Of a DNA stretch of 64,000 nt, positions 38,129 through 52,796 are shown one piece after another. The first letter of the stretch is position 1; every line of letters starts with the position of its first letter. The translations under genes were made by a program, and so were the position numbers. Source of the stretch: Myxococcales bacterium (GTDB lineage Bacteria; Myxococcota_A; UBA9042; JABWCM01; BTVJ01); contig BTVJ01000038.1 in the NCBI GenBank assembly GCA_045863395.1, forward strand, positions 1-64,000, written 5' to 3'. The notes beneath the pieces are model-generated. The model did not search any database and had not been told where the DNA came from. It saw only the letters and a program-made list of their open reading frames with translations.

Positions 38129-40063
38129 ATGAGCAGAGTCACGGCGCGAGCCCTGGTCGCCGTCGCCCTGGTGGGCACACTGGTCGCCTGCCAGAAGGCG
38201 GGCGAGCGCCCCATCGAGTACGAGTATGTCTACAAGGGGACACCTCAGGCCGTCGCGGTGACTGGCGCGGGCGCCCCGCTGTCCCTCGCCGCCGCCCCGT
38301 CCATGGGGCCGGCCAACGCCAAGGTGACCATCGTCGAGTCATCCGACTTCGAGTGTCCCTTCTGCGGCAAGGTCTGGCCCACCATGGACCAGCTCAAGGC
38401 CGAGTACCCGAACGACGTGCGCATCGTGTTCGTGCACAACCCCCTCGGCTTCCACCAGAAGGCGATGCCCGCGGCCAAGGCGTCCATGGCCGCCCACAAG
38501 CAGGGCAAGTTCTGGGAGTACGGGCGGCTCCTCTTCGAGCGCAAGAACCTGAGCGAGGAGTCGTACGTGGCCTACGCCCAGGAGCTGGGCCTCGACCTGG
38601 CCCGCTTCAACGCGGACCGCGCCTCCCAGGAGATCCAGGACCTGATCCTGCACAACCAGAAGGCCGTCGTTACGCTCGGGGCCGGCGGGACGCCCGCGTT
38701 CTTCATCAACGGCAAGAAGCTGAGCGGCGCGCAGCCCTACCCGGCGTTCAAGACCGAGGTCGACGCGGCCCTCGCAGCGGCCAACGCGGAGCTGGCCAAG
38801 GGGACGAAGCAGGAGGACCTGCACCGGGTGCTGGCGGGACGCAACGCAGGGCAGTCGTTCGTCGACTGGATCATCGATGGCAAGCCCGTGACCGGCTCTG
38901 CCCAGGTGGCGCAAGGCGGAGACCGGGGCGGCCGCGGCGAGCGTCCAGCGCAGCCACCCCAGCCCACGGGCCCGGTAGACGTCCCCGTCGAGGACGACGA
39001 TCCCGTCCACGGCAAGGCCGACGCGCCTGTGACCATCGTGCTGTTCAGCGACTTCGAGTGCCCCTTCTGCTCACGCATCGGGCCGACCTACAAGCAGATC
39101 GAGGAGACCTACGGCGACAAGGTGCGCTTCGTGTTCAAGCAGCAGCCGCTGCCGTTCCACAAGAAGGCCCAGCTCGCGGCGGAGGCCTCGCTCGCCGCCA
39201 ACGCCCAGGGCAAGTTCTGGGAGTACCACGACCTGCTGTTCGCCAACCAGAAGGCCCTGGAGCGCCCGGACCTGGAGCGCTACGCCGAGCAGCTCGGCCT
39301 GGACATGGCGAAGTTCAGGGCGGCCCTCGACTCGAACCAGTTCGCCGAGGCCGTGAAGAAGGACCAGGCGCTGGCGAGCAAGGTCGGGGCGACCGGCACG
39401 CCCGCGTCCTTCATCAACGGCATCAAGGTGAACGGCGCCCAGCCCTTCCCCGCCTTCCAGGCGGTCATCGACAAGGCCCTCGCCGGCGGCCCCGCCGTGG
39501 CCGCTCCCCCGAGGCGGGACGGCGCCGGCCTGGCCGCCCCGGTGACCGGCCTCTCGGCGGACGGGCCGGCCCTCGGCCCCGACAAGGCCAAGGACCTGGC
39601 CATCGCCTTCGTGGACCTGGGTAACGCCGAGTCCCTCCAGGCGGTGTCCTCGCTGCTCGCCCTCCAGGAGTCCAACGGCGGGACCATGCGGCTGCTCGTC
39701 CGCCACGCCCAATCGGTGGACGGGCGCCGCGCCTCTCCGGTCGGGCAGATGCTCGTCGCGGCGCTCCGCAAGGACGCCCCGAAGGCGTGGGTCGCGCTGG
39801 CCGCCATCGCCAAGGGAGCGGACCCGAGCCTTCGGACCGTCACGGACGCCTTCCAGAAGGCGGGCCTGGACCCGGCGGACCTGCGCGGCGCCATGCGGGA
39901 CCAGGCGGTGCTCGACGCCCTCCGGGCCGACGCCGCGGAGGCACGCAAGGCGGGCGTCGCGACGCCCCCGGGCGTCGTGCTCAACGGCCGCCCCTACCTG
40001 GGCGGGAAGGGCTGGGACAAGGCGACCCTGGAGGGGCTCCTCAAGGAGTCGCGGGGGCGCTGA
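38129..40063 (+). CDS. Multi-domain DsbA/Thioredoxin_4 lipoprotein (two CPFC domains plus one Cys-less domain)
   Basis: Lipobox LVAC; SDFECPFC twice with GTP(A/S)...ING...GAQP; third domain keeps TPP..VLNG but lacks CxxC. Confidence 0.9.
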   Translation: MSRVTARALVAVALVGTLVACQKAGERPIEYEYVYKGTPQAVAVTGAGAPLSLAAAPSMGPANAKVTIVESSDFECPFCGKVWPTMDQLKAEYPNDVRIVFVHNPLGFHQKAMPAAKASMAAHKQGKFWEYGRLLFERKNLSEESYVAYAQELGLDLARFNADRASQEIQDLILHNQKAVVTLGAGGTPAFFINGKKLSGAQPYPAFKTEVDAALAAANAELAKGTKQEDLHRVLAGRNAGQSFVDWIIDGKPVTGSAQVAQGGDRGGRGERPAQPPQPTGPVDVPVEDDDPVHGKADAPVTIVLFSDFECPFCSRIGPTYKQIEETYGDKVRFVFKQQPLPFHKKAQLAAEASLAANAQGKFWEYHDLLFANQKALERPDLERYAEQLGLDMAKFRAALDSNQFAEAVKKDQALASKVGATGTPASFINGIKVNGAQPFPAFQAVIDKALAGGPAVAAPPRRDGAGLAAPVTGLSADGPALGPDKAKDLAIAFVDLGNAESLQAVSSLLALQESNGGTMRLLVRHAQSVDGRRASPVGQMLVAALRKDAPKAWVALAAIAKGADPSLRTVTDAFQKAGLDPADLRGAMRDQAVLDALRADAAEARKAGVATPPGVVLNGRPYLGGKGWDKATLEGLLKESRGR

Positions 40064-40079
40064 CCGTCACCGCCGGCGC
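40004..40079 (+). repeat. Direct repeat copy 1 (3' end of dsbA-like gene)
   Basis: 76 bp, 72/76 identical to 44194-44269. Confidence 0.93.
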
Positions 40080-40111
40080 TGGCGGGGTCAGCATGGTCCA
40101 GAGGAGGACGA

Positions 40112-42883
40112 ATGACCCGGACTGCCTGGACTTGGCCCGGCGCGCGCTGGTGGCGCTGCGACCTGCACGTCCACACGCCGGCCTCCTACGACTTCAGCAA
40201 GCGCGAGACCGCGACATACGAGCGCTGGGTCGAGGGCGTCCGGGCTGCAGGCATCTCCGTGGTGGCGATCACGGATCACAACACCGGCGACGGCATCGAC
40301 AAGGTGCGAGCTGCGGCAGGATCGGGCTTGACCGTGTTCCCGGGGGTCGAGCTGACGGTCTCGCCGGGGGTCCACATGCTCGCGCTTTTCGATCCCTTAC
40401 GAGGTCGCGACGAGGTCGTGTCCCTCCTGGCGAGCTGCGGCATCCCGACGCCCGAGTTCGGCATGCGCGAGGCCATCTCACCGAGGTCGGTGCTCGACGC
40501 GATGGCCGAGATACACCGTCTGCACGGGCTGGTCATCCTCGCCCACGCTGACGCCGAAAAGGGCGTGCTGCACGAGATCCGCAACGGCCAGGACCTGATG
40601 CGCATCCTGCGGAGCCCGCACCTGGCCGCCGTGGAGGTCAAGAGCAGGGAGTCCGCGTCGTTGCGGTACGTCGACGGATCGATGCTCGACTACGTCCCCG
40701 AGTCGGGCCCCCTCTGCCTCGTTCAGTCGTCGGACGCCCACACGCCGGAGCACATCGGCCAATCGTCGACCTGGATCAAGATGACGAGCCCCACTCTCGA
40801 GGGGCTGCGCCTGGCGCTTCGCGACAGGTCGCTGAGCACGCGGGATCCTCTCGAGACCCCGAACCCCAACGAGCACGCCCCCCTCGTCATCGAGAGCATC
40901 ACCGTCGCTGGCGCTCGCTATATGGGGAGGAGAGCTCCGTTCGAGGTCCGCTTCAACCCGTGGTTCAACGCGATCATCGGTGGTCGGGGGACCGGCAAGT
41001 CCTCCGTGGTGGAGCTGCTTCGAGCGGCGCTGCGACGCCAGGACGAGCTCCCCGAGACCCTCCGCGGAGGCTGGGACGACATGATGCGCGCCTACGACCG
41101 GCGCGGCACCGGGGGGATCCTCACGCCGGACACCCAGGTGACGGTCCTCTATCGAAAGGACGACGCGCAGTTCCGGGTGCGGTGGGACTTGAAGGGCGAT
41201 GACCCACCCATCGAAGAGATGGGGTCGGGTGGTTGGGTGGCGAGACCGGGCGACGTGAGGTCTCGCTTTCCCGTGCGAATCTACAGCCAGAAGCAGGTGT
41301 TCGAGCTCACCCGGGATCCCGAGGCGCTCCTCCGCATCATCGACGAGGCGCCCGAAGTGGGACATGCGAACCTCGTCGATCAATGGAAGGCCGAAGAGAC
41401 GCGCTTCCTGACGCTGCGTGCACGGGCCCGCGAGATCGAGTCATCGCTGTCCGACGAGCCGCGGCTGCAAGGGGAGCTGGACGACGTGAGGCGCCGCCTC
41501 GCGGTGTTCGAGAGCGCCGGACACGCCGACCTTCTGCGGCGCTGGCAGCTCAGGCGGCGGCAGGGGTCCGTCGTGGACCGGTGGCAGATGGCCCTCGGAA
41601 CGGCAACTGATCGCTTGAGCGAGCTGGCTGACGCCGCAACAGTGGGGGCGCTGGACGACTCGTCGTTCGATCCCAGTGATCCCGTCGATGCAGCGCTCCT
41701 TCGCGCCGCCTCGGAGGTCAAGGAGCGGATGAGCGAGCTGCAACAGGAGGCCAGGGTCCTCGCGGAGAGGGCCGAGGTCCTACGCGCGTCCTGGCCTGAG
41801 ACGCGATCAGCCTCTCCGTGGACCACTGCTGCGCGAGAGGCCGAGGCAGCCTACGACAAGCTCATCGAGGATCTGGAAGCGGCGGGAGGCGGCGATCCCA
41901 GCGAATACGGGAGGCTCGTGCAGCGCCGACAGCTCCTTGAGGAGAAGCTGTCTACCTTCGCGGGCAAGCGGGCGACCATGGCCGACCTCCAGGCCCAGTC
42001 TCGCGCGTGCCTCGACTCGCTGCGGCGGCTCCGGGCGGAGGTCAGTGATCGCCGGTCCAAGTTTGTCGCGGACGTGTTGAAGGCCAACCCGCTCGTCCGA
42101 ATCGACATCATGCCCATGGGGGCGCTGGATGGAGCGAAGGCTGAGCTGCGGCGCCTCCTGGGCCGCGAGGACGAGGCATTCCAGAAGGACCTCGGTGACC
42201 CCGGGGAGCCCGGCACACTGATAGGTGACCTGTGCGGACCGTATCTCACGGACTTCGAGCGTGCGACCCCCGCGCGACGGCGGGAACTCACTGACGATCT
42301 GTGTGGTCGGCTCGACGCGCTGAAAGCAAGGCTCCACGGCATCCGGTCAGGGACGGCGAAGGCCGCGGACAGCCGGTTCGCGAAGCACCTCGAGGGCCGC
42401 CCCCCCGAGCAGATGGATCGCCTCGACACCTGGTTCCCGAAGGACACGCTGGTCGTCTCGTTCAGGGCCGGCAATGCCTCGGGCTTCCGTCCCATCGAGC
42501 AGGGCTCGCCGGGCCAGCGCTCGGCGGCGCTGCTCGCGTTTCTGCTGTCCCACGGGGTCGAGCCCATCATCCTCGACCAGCCGGAGGACGACCTGGACAA
42601 CCACCTGGTGTACGACCTGATCGTGCAGCAGTTGAGGCAGCTCAAGACACGGCGGCAACTGATCGTCGTCACGCACAACGCGAACATCGTGGTCAACGGC
42701 GATGCGGAGCTGGTCGTGGCGCTGGACGTGCAGTCTGGACAGACGGCGTGTGTGGCGATGGGCGGTCTGCAGGAGCAGGCGGTGCGGGACGAGGTCTGCC
42801 GGGTGATGGAGGGCGGCGCCGAGGCATTTCGCGAGCGCTACCGTCGCATCGCGCAAGGGGGCGGCGATGTTCGACTCCCGTGA
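40112..42883 (+). CDS. PHP-domain + ABC/SMC-like ATPase (TrlF/Ppl-like, putative anti-phage)
   Basis: DLHVHT, ITDHN, GVE, AH, SDAH (PHP); GGRGTGKS, coiled coil, SPGQR, IILDQPEDDLD, VTHN. Confidence 0.88.
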   Translation: MTRTAWTWPGARWWRCDLHVHTPASYDFSKRETATYERWVEGVRAAGISVVAITDHNTGDGIDKVRAAAGSGLTVFPGVELTVSPGVHMLALFDPLRGRDEVVSLLASCGIPTPEFGMREAISPRSVLDAMAEIHRLHGLVILAHADAEKGVLHEIRNGQDLMRILRSPHLAAVEVKSRESASLRYVDGSMLDYVPESGPLCLVQSSDAHTPEHIGQSSTWIKMTSPTLEGLRLALRDRSLSTRDPLETPNPNEHAPLVIESITVAGARYMGRRAPFEVRFNPWFNAIIGGRGTGKSSVVELLRAALRRQDELPETLRGGWDDMMRAYDRRGTGGILTPDTQVTVLYRKDDAQFRVRWDLKGDDPPIEEMGSGGWVARPGDVRSRFPVRIYSQKQVFELTRDPEALLRIIDEAPEVGHANLVDQWKAEETRFLTLRARAREIESSLSDEPRLQGELDDVRRRLAVFESAGHADLLRRWQLRRRQGSVVDRWQMALGTATDRLSELADAATVGALDDSSFDPSDPVDAALLRAASEVKERMSELQQEARVLAERAEVLRASWPETRSASPWTTAAREAEAAYDKLIEDLEAAGGGDPSEYGRLVQRRQLLEEKLSTFAGKRATMADLQAQSRACLDSLRRLRAEVSDRRSKFVADVLKANPLVRIDIMPMGALDGAKAELRRLLGREDEAFQKDLGDPGEPGTLIGDLCGPYLTDFERATPARRRELTDDLCGRLDALKARLHGIRSGTAKAADSRFAKHLEGRPPEQMDRLDTWFPKDTLVVSFRAGNASGFRPIEQGSPGQRSAALLAFLLSHGVEPIILDQPEDDLDNHLVYDLIVQQLRQLKTRRQLIVVTHNANIVVNGDAELVVALDVQSGQTACVAMGGLQEQAVRDEVCRVMEGGAEAFRERYRRIAQGGGDVRLP

Positions 42884-44102
42884 GGAGCTGCTGGACAAGA
42901 TCCGCCTTGGCGAGGACAACGCCCTCGAGCTGAAGGCGCTCTCGACGAGCGGCGCGAAGGTCGTCGGACCTCGGCGCGACGACCTGGCCGACGAGCTCGC
43001 CGCCATGGCCAACACGGCGGACTGCGTGTGCCTCCTCGGCGTGGACGACAAGACCCGCGACATCCTGGGGATCCCTGTCGAGGCGCTGGACATCGTCGAG
43101 GCCTTCGTCCGCGAGCTGTGCAACGACAGCGTGAAGCCGCCGCTCCGCGTCCACATCCTGCGGATGGAGCTCCCCGACATCCTTGGCACGCCGCGAGCCA
43201 TCCTGAAGATCGAGGTCCCGCGGAGCCTGTTCGTCCATGAGAGCCCGGGCGGCTACCTGCACCGTATCGGGAGCAGCAAGCGCCGGATGCCTCCCGAGGT
43301 GCTGGCGCGGCTGTTCCAGCAGCGAAGCCAGGCACGCCTCATCCGGTTCGACGAGCAGGCCGTCCCCGACTCCCGGCTTGCGGATCTGGACCCGGCGCTC
43401 TGGGAGCGACTGTGCGATCCGACCGTCGAGGACCCGGTACGGACCCTGCACGAGCGGAAGGTCCTGACGATCTTCGAGGGGCAAGAGCGCATCACGGTCG
43501 CGGGCGCCCTGCTGTGCTCCACGCGCCCCGATGCCTGGCTCCCCGGGGCGTCGGCACGCGCGGTCCGCTTCCGAGGCGTCCACCAGGACTCCAACAACCA
43601 GGTCGACGCGGCCGACGTGACGGGATCCCTGGATCAGCAGATCCTCGCGCTCTACGCCTTCGCGCGGCGCAACAGCAGGGTGTTCGTGCGGGAGGGCCCG
43701 CCGCGGGAGGAGGTGCCCCAGTTCTCGCCGCGGGCCCTCTTCGAGGCGATCGTCAACGCCGTGGTCCACCGGGACTACTCGGTCTACGGTTCACGGATCC
43801 GCTTGTTCCTGTTCGATGACCGCCTGGAACTCTACTCTCCGGGTGCCCTGCCGAACACGCTCTCCGTTGACAGCATCGCGCTGCGCCAGTCGACGCGAAA
43901 CGAGGCCGTCAAGTCGATCATGGTCAAGCTCCCGGTCGGCGTGGAGGGGCAGGGGAGCGGCCGCGGGTACTTCATGGAGGCCCAGGGCGACGGCGTACCA
44001 ATCATCCTGCGAGAGACCCGCAGCCTCGCAGGCGCGGACCCGGTCTGGCGGGTGCTCGACGAGAGCGAGGTCCTGCTCACCATCCCGGCGACGATGGAGT
44101 GA
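42867..44102 (+). CDS. Schlafen/AlbA_2 domain + HATPase_c_4 (RecG-C-like) protein
   Basis: GEDNALELK, AAMANT...LGVDD, YLHRIGS; EAIVNAVVHRDY, RLELYSPG, RN. Confidence 0.88.
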   Translation: MFDSREELLDKIRLGEDNALELKALSTSGAKVVGPRRDDLADELAAMANTADCVCLLGVDDKTRDILGIPVEALDIVEAFVRELCNDSVKPPLRVHILRMELPDILGTPRAILKIEVPRSLFVHESPGGYLHRIGSSKRRMPPEVLARLFQQRSQARLIRFDEQAVPDSRLADLDPALWERLCDPTVEDPVRTLHERKVLTIFEGQERITVAGALLCSTRPDAWLPGASARAVRFRGVHQDSNNQVDAADVTGSLDQQILALYAFARRNSRVFVREGPPREEVPQFSPRALFEAIVNAVVHRDYSVYGSRIRLFLFDDRLELYSPGALPNTLSVDSIALRQSTRNEAVKSIMVKLPVGVEGQGSGRGYFMEAQGDGVPIILRETRSLAGADPVWRVLDESEVLLTIPATME

Positions 44103-44193
44103 TGCAGAGAAGATGTGGCCTCGATCATCCATTCGGGTAGCGGGAACTCCGGTGGGATCGTCCAGAGTTCCGTGCCCTGCACGGACTGGGCGA

Positions 44194-44269
44194 GGGAAGG
44201 GCTGGGACAAGGCGTCCCTGGAGGCGCTCCTCAAGGAGTCGCGGGGACGCTGACCGTCACCGCCAGCGC
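44194..44269 (+). repeat. Direct repeat copy 2 (orphan dsbA 3' end)
   Basis: Still reads GKGWDKASLEALLKESRGR-stop; preceded by hairpin tccgtgc-cct-gcacgga (44169-44185). Confidence 0.93.
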
Positions 44270-44317
44270 CGATTCCCGTTGCGCCACGCCACCCTCCTGC
44301 GCTACACGTCCTCTCCC

Positions 44318-44944
44318 GTGAGCACGCCATTCGTCATCGGTATCGCGGGCGGCACGGGGGCCGGCAAGAGCACCATCGCCCGGCGGCTGATGGAGGCGGC
44401 TCCGGCCCGCTCCATCTGCACCCTCCAGCACGACGCCTACTACAAAGATCGCCCCGATCTTTCGCAGGCCGAGCGCGCCCGGGTCAACTACGACCACCCG
44501 GACTCGCTCGACAACGACCTGCTGCTGCACCACATCCACGAGCTGCGCGCCGGTCGCGCCGTCGAGATGCCCGTCTACGACTTCGTGACCCACCGCCGCG
44601 CCGAGGAGGCGCGCCACGTCGAGCCGCGGCCCGTGATCCTCGTGGAGGGCATCCTGATCTTCGTGGACCCCCGCCTCAGGGAGCCCATGGACATCAAGCT
44701 GTATGTGGACACCGACGCCGACATCCGCGTGCTGCGTCGCATCCGGCGCGACATGGAGTCGCGGGGGCGGTCCTTCGAGTCCGTGCGCAAGCAGTACTAC
44801 GCGACGGTCCGCCCGATGCACCTGGAGTTCGTGGAGCCGTCCAAGCGGTGGGCCGACCTGATCATCCCCGAGGGCAACGGCGGCAACCTGGACATCGCGC
44901 TGAGCGTGATCATCGACCGCATCCGGGCGCACGCGCGCCCCTGA
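44318..44944 (+). CDS. udk: Uridine kinase (paralogue 2)
   Basis: GIAGGTGAGKST, NYDHP, LVEGIL, RRIRRD...RGRS, VRPMH.EFVEPSK. Confidence 0.93.
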   Translation: MSTPFVIGIAGGTGAGKSTIARRLMEAAPARSICTLQHDAYYKDRPDLSQAERARVNYDHPDSLDNDLLLHHIHELRAGRAVEMPVYDFVTHRRAEEARHVEPRPVILVEGILIFVDPRLREPMDIKLYVDTDADIRVLRRIRRDMESRGRSFESVRKQYYATVRPMHLEFVEPSKRWADLIIPEGNGGNLDIALSVIIDRIRAHARP

Positions 44945-46738
44945 TCACCCCGCCAGCATCTTCTGAAGCGCCACGCCGATGCCCGTCAGGCTCTCGCCCG
45001 CGATGAGCCCCGCCGCCAACACCACCACGAAGCGCTGCGCCCACGAGGCATGGACGCGGAAGGCGATCAGCGCGAGCAGGCCGCCGAGGAAGATGGAGAT
45101 GGAGTTGTGAGCGGGAACGACGATGGCCAGCCCCAGGGCGGCCGGGCTCGGGACCCACGCCCTCACCTTCGGGGGGACGACCTTCTCCAGCACGGCGAGG
45201 CCGATGCCGAGGCCCGCGCCCCACACCATGGCCATGCCCACGCCGGGCGGCAGGTGCGAGAAGCCCTTGGTGAGCACCTCGGCGACGGCCTTCCACTGGA
45301 GCACGGCCGGGGCCGCCCACTCGGGGGTCAGCAGCATCCCCTGCGGGTCGGGGATCAAGAGCAGGTACGCGGCCGAGCCCGCCAGCGCCCCCGCGAGGCA
45401 CCCCGCCACCTGGGCGATGGCCTGGTAGCGGGGAGAGGCCCCGATCATCAGGCCGGTCTTCATGTCGTGGAGCAGGTCGGCGCACTGGCTGGCCGCTCCC
45501 CCGGTGACGTTGGCGGTCATCAGGTTGTCGGTCACGTTGCCCGGGGAGATGGCGCCGAAGGTGAGCTGGGTCACCTTGCCCATGGCGCCGACGGGGGTCA
45601 CGCCGGTCTCTCCGGATACGCGCGCGGCCACGAGCGCGAGCACGAAGGTCAGGATCACCCCGAGGGTCGCGACGAGGGGCGAGATGCTGAAGAACGCCAT
45701 CTGGCAGACCACGGAGAACACGAGCGCCACGATGATGCCGGCGCCCAGCCACTGGCGAGGGACGTCATGGTCCTCGGCGGAGGAGCCGCCCCCTCGCCCC
45801 CCGGTCAGCGCGCGCACCACCGAGCGCCACGAGAACAGGAACGAGGTCAGCGACGACGTGACCAGCAGGACCACGCCCGGCCACACGAGCCACCCGACGA
45901 TGGAGCCGAACCACTCGGCTTCGGGCTTGCCGGGCTGCGCCCAGCCGCGGGCGAGCAGGTCGGGGGCGAGCACGCCCCACGTCACCAGCGCGCCCAGGAG
46001 CAGCGACCAGCATGCGCGCATGCCGATGAGCGCGCCCAGGCCGACCATCAGCACGCTCGGGTCCAGGGCCAGGCCGAGGTTCATCGGGGTGACCGTGACG
46101 GACCCGGCCTTGAAGCTCACGGGAACAGAGAGCTTGGGCAGGCTCCACACCGTCACCGAGATCTTGAGCGCGACCCCCACCGCCGCGCCGGAGAGCAGCG
46201 TGTAGACCCGCGCCATGGCCTCCTTGCCCTTGGCGTACATCTCCTTGAGGGTCTCGCCGGTGGCGATGCCGCCCGGGAAGGGCAGCTCGTCGACCAGCAG
46301 CATCTGGCGCCGCAGCGCGACGGCGACCGCGATGCCCACCAGGGACACGGAGAAGGTCCAGATCACGAGGGCCGTCCAGCTCAGGGTCTCTCCGGTGAGG
46401 ATGGTCCAGGCTGGGATGGGCGCGACGAGGCCCGCCGACGAGATGGACGCGGCCGCCGACGCGGCCGTCTGGTTGACGTTGTTCTCCAGGATGTTCCACG
46501 AGCGGAGGCCCGCCCCGAAGTGCAGCGCCTGCCAGAAGCCGTAGCTCAGCAGGGCCGCAGTGATCGACATGTTGAAGCCCCAGCCGATCTTGAGACCCGC
46601 GTAGATGTTGCAGAGCGAAAGCGTCGCCCCGAGCACCATCCCCGTCATGATCGCACGCACCGTGAGCTGCGGGACCGACGGGTCTGGGATGGGCCAGGGC
46701 TCGTGGGGCGGTGGTCCGGCGGCTGAGGTCGTCGTCAC
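44945..46738 (-). CDS. OPT-family oligopeptide transporter
   Basis: [41 protein letters not shown]; start at GTG after GAGGAG. Confidence 0.9.
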   Translation of the reverse strand: MTTTSAAGPPPHEPWPIPDPSVPQLTVRAIMTGMVLGATLSLCNIYAGLKIGWGFNMSITAALLSYGFWQALHFGAGLRSWNILENNVNQTAASAAASISSAGLVAPIPAWTILTGETLSWTALVIWTFSVSLVGIAVAVALRRQMLLVDELPFPGGIATGETLKEMYAKGKEAMARVYTLLSGAAVGVALKISVTVWSLPKLSVPVSFKAGSVTVTPMNLGLALDPSVLMVGLGALIGMRACWSLLLGALVTWGVLAPDLLARGWAQPGKPEAEWFGSIVGWLVWPGVVLLVTSSLTSFLFSWRSVVRALTGGRGGGSSAEDHDVPRQWLGAGIIVALVFSVVCQMAFFSISPLVATLGVILTFVLALVAARVSGETGVTPVGAMGKVTQLTFGAISPGNVTDNLMTANVTGGAASQCADLLHDMKTGLMIGASPRYQAIAQVAGCLAGALAGSAAYLLLIPDPQGMLLTPEWAAPAVLQWKAVAEVLTKGFSHLPPGVGMAMVWGAGLGIGLAVLEKVVPPKVRAWVPSPAALGLAIVVPAHNSISIFLGGLLALIAFRVHASWAQRFVVVLAAGLIAGESLTGIGVALQKMLAG

Positions 46739-46929
46739 GTGCGCTCCTCGTGTGGTTGGTCCCCGTGTGGGGAGCGGCGATTGTACGGCATGAGCCGTGT
46801 CGGGCAAGCGAAACCGGACGCCGCCCCAGGGCAGAGCGGATGATCGCCCGACTCGTGGGCCCTTTGCGCCACCGCCCCCTCGCGGCTATCATCCGTGCAC
46901 CAAAGAACGCGCTCCCTTCGGAGGACCCC

Positions 46930-51333
<4,404 letters not shown>

Positions 51334-51378
51334 GCGGCGTTTCCCTTGGGGGGGCCGACGAGGCCCTCCGGTCCGGCG

Positions 51379-51849
51379 TCAGTCCTTTGCTCCGAGGTCC
51401 TCCCAGAAGGCGTTCATCAGGAGCTCGTTCTCTTCCGCCTCGTGGCGCCGCAAGGTAGCGATGACCATGCGGACCCGCTTGGAGACCGCCTTCGCGTCGC
51501 CGATGTGCTCCTCGGCCAGCAGGCGCAGGCGCTCCAGGGACCGCTCGAAGCCTTGCAGGATCTGCGCGTGCTCCTCCAGCAGGCGCGCACAGTGGGTCGC
51601 GAGGTGCGGCGCCATGACCGGGACCTCCGTGTGGAGGCACCCGCGCTCCTCGCTCGCGAAGTGCATGCGCAGGTTCTCCATGAGCGGAACCAGCGCCGCG
51701 GCTACCCCCGACGCCCACTCGCTCGCCGGCGTCCCGCCGACGCCGAGGCGCCCCTCGACGACGGAGAGGAGCCTCTTCGCCTCCCTGTGCTCCTCCAGCA
51801 GCGCGTCGATCTCGGGATGGTCCGTGGTGCCCGTGAAACCGTGATCCAT
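51379..51849 (-). CDS. Hemerythrin/HHE cation-binding domain protein
   Basis: EEH...HFASEE...EEH...HEAEE. Confidence 0.8.
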   Translation of the reverse strand: MDHGFTGTTDHPEIDALLEEHREAKRLLSVVEGRLGVGGTPASEWASGVAAALVPLMENLRMHFASEERGCLHTEVPVMAPHLATHCARLLEEHAQILQGFERSLERLRLLAEEHIGDAKAVSKRVRMVIATLRRHEAEENELLMNAFWEDLGAKD

Positions 51850-51962
51850 GACTCACCTCCTGCCCCGTGGGCGGGCCCAGCGTAAACCGATCACGCGCCG
51901 CCACACAACAGGGCGCTCACCCCCCGCACGCATCGTCGGTTGCGCTCCAGGAGACCTTCGCG

Positions 51963-52796
51963 TCACCGCTGGAGGATGAACGGCCGGACGAGGCCCCACT
52001 CCACGAGGCCCGCGGCGAGGCAGAGGCTCACACCCAGCGCCAGCAGCAGGAGCGATGCCGTCACCACGCGCAGGGCGCGCGGGTCGGTCATGCGGTACTT
52101 GACGAGCCCCTTGGATACGTAGATGGCGGCCAGCGCGCTGAGCGTCAGGCCGCCTGCGTCCAGCAGCGCGGGCGTGATCAGCACGGCGGTGCTCACCGCG
52201 ATGGCGCCCGCGCCTCCGCCGGCGACGACGGGCGCGGACCCCCACACGCACCCTGCCCACACCAGCCCTGCCAGCGCAGCGTAGGAGCGGTAGACGAAGG
52301 CGACGCCGAAGAAGGCGACCAGGATGGACGTGCGGTGGGTCACGAGGGCACCGAACGACGTGACCGGTTCGGCGCCCGCCGCCTCGATGCGCCCGAGTCG
52401 CAGGGCAGGCCCGAGCAGCTCCACGGTGCGCTCCGCGCCAGCCGTGGCGCCGATGAAGAGGTAGGCAGCGAACACCCCGGCGAACACGGGGAGCAGGCTG
52501 CGGATGGTGATCCAATTGGCCGCGGCGCCCCCCGCGGCTCGCTCCCAGATCAGGCGGCGGTTCTCGTCGAGCAGCTCGTGGAGGCGCGGGAGCAGGCCCG
52601 CGGCCGCCAGGAAGATGGACAGGATGCCCCCGCTGGCCGCCCCCCACCCGAGGCCGATGAACAGCCCGAGGCCGGTGTAGAGGACAGCCTCCCCGAAGAG
52701 GCGCACCGCGCGGCGCCACGGCTCTGTGGGAAGGGGCCCCGAGAAGAGCTGCGCGATGCTCGGTCCGTGGCTGAGCTGGGGCGGGGGCTCGGTCAC
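51963..52796 (-). CDS. Integral membrane protein (possibly SpoIIM-like)
   Basis: Multiple hydrophobic segments; GTGA overlap with upstream gene. Confidence 0.55.
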   Translation of the reverse strand: MTEPPPQLSHGPSIAQLFSGPLPTEPWRRAVRLFGEAVLYTGLGLFIGLGWGAASGGILSIFLAAAGLLPRLHELLDENRRLIWERAAGGAAANWITIRSLLPVFAGVFAAYLFIGATAGAERTVELLGPALRLGRIEAAGAEPVTSFGALVTHRTSILVAFFGVAFVYRSYAALAGLVWAGCVWGSAPVVAGGGAGAIAVSTAVLITPALLDAGGLTLSALAAIYVSKGLVKYRMTDPRALRVVTASLLLLALGVSLCLAAGLVEWGLVRPFILQR

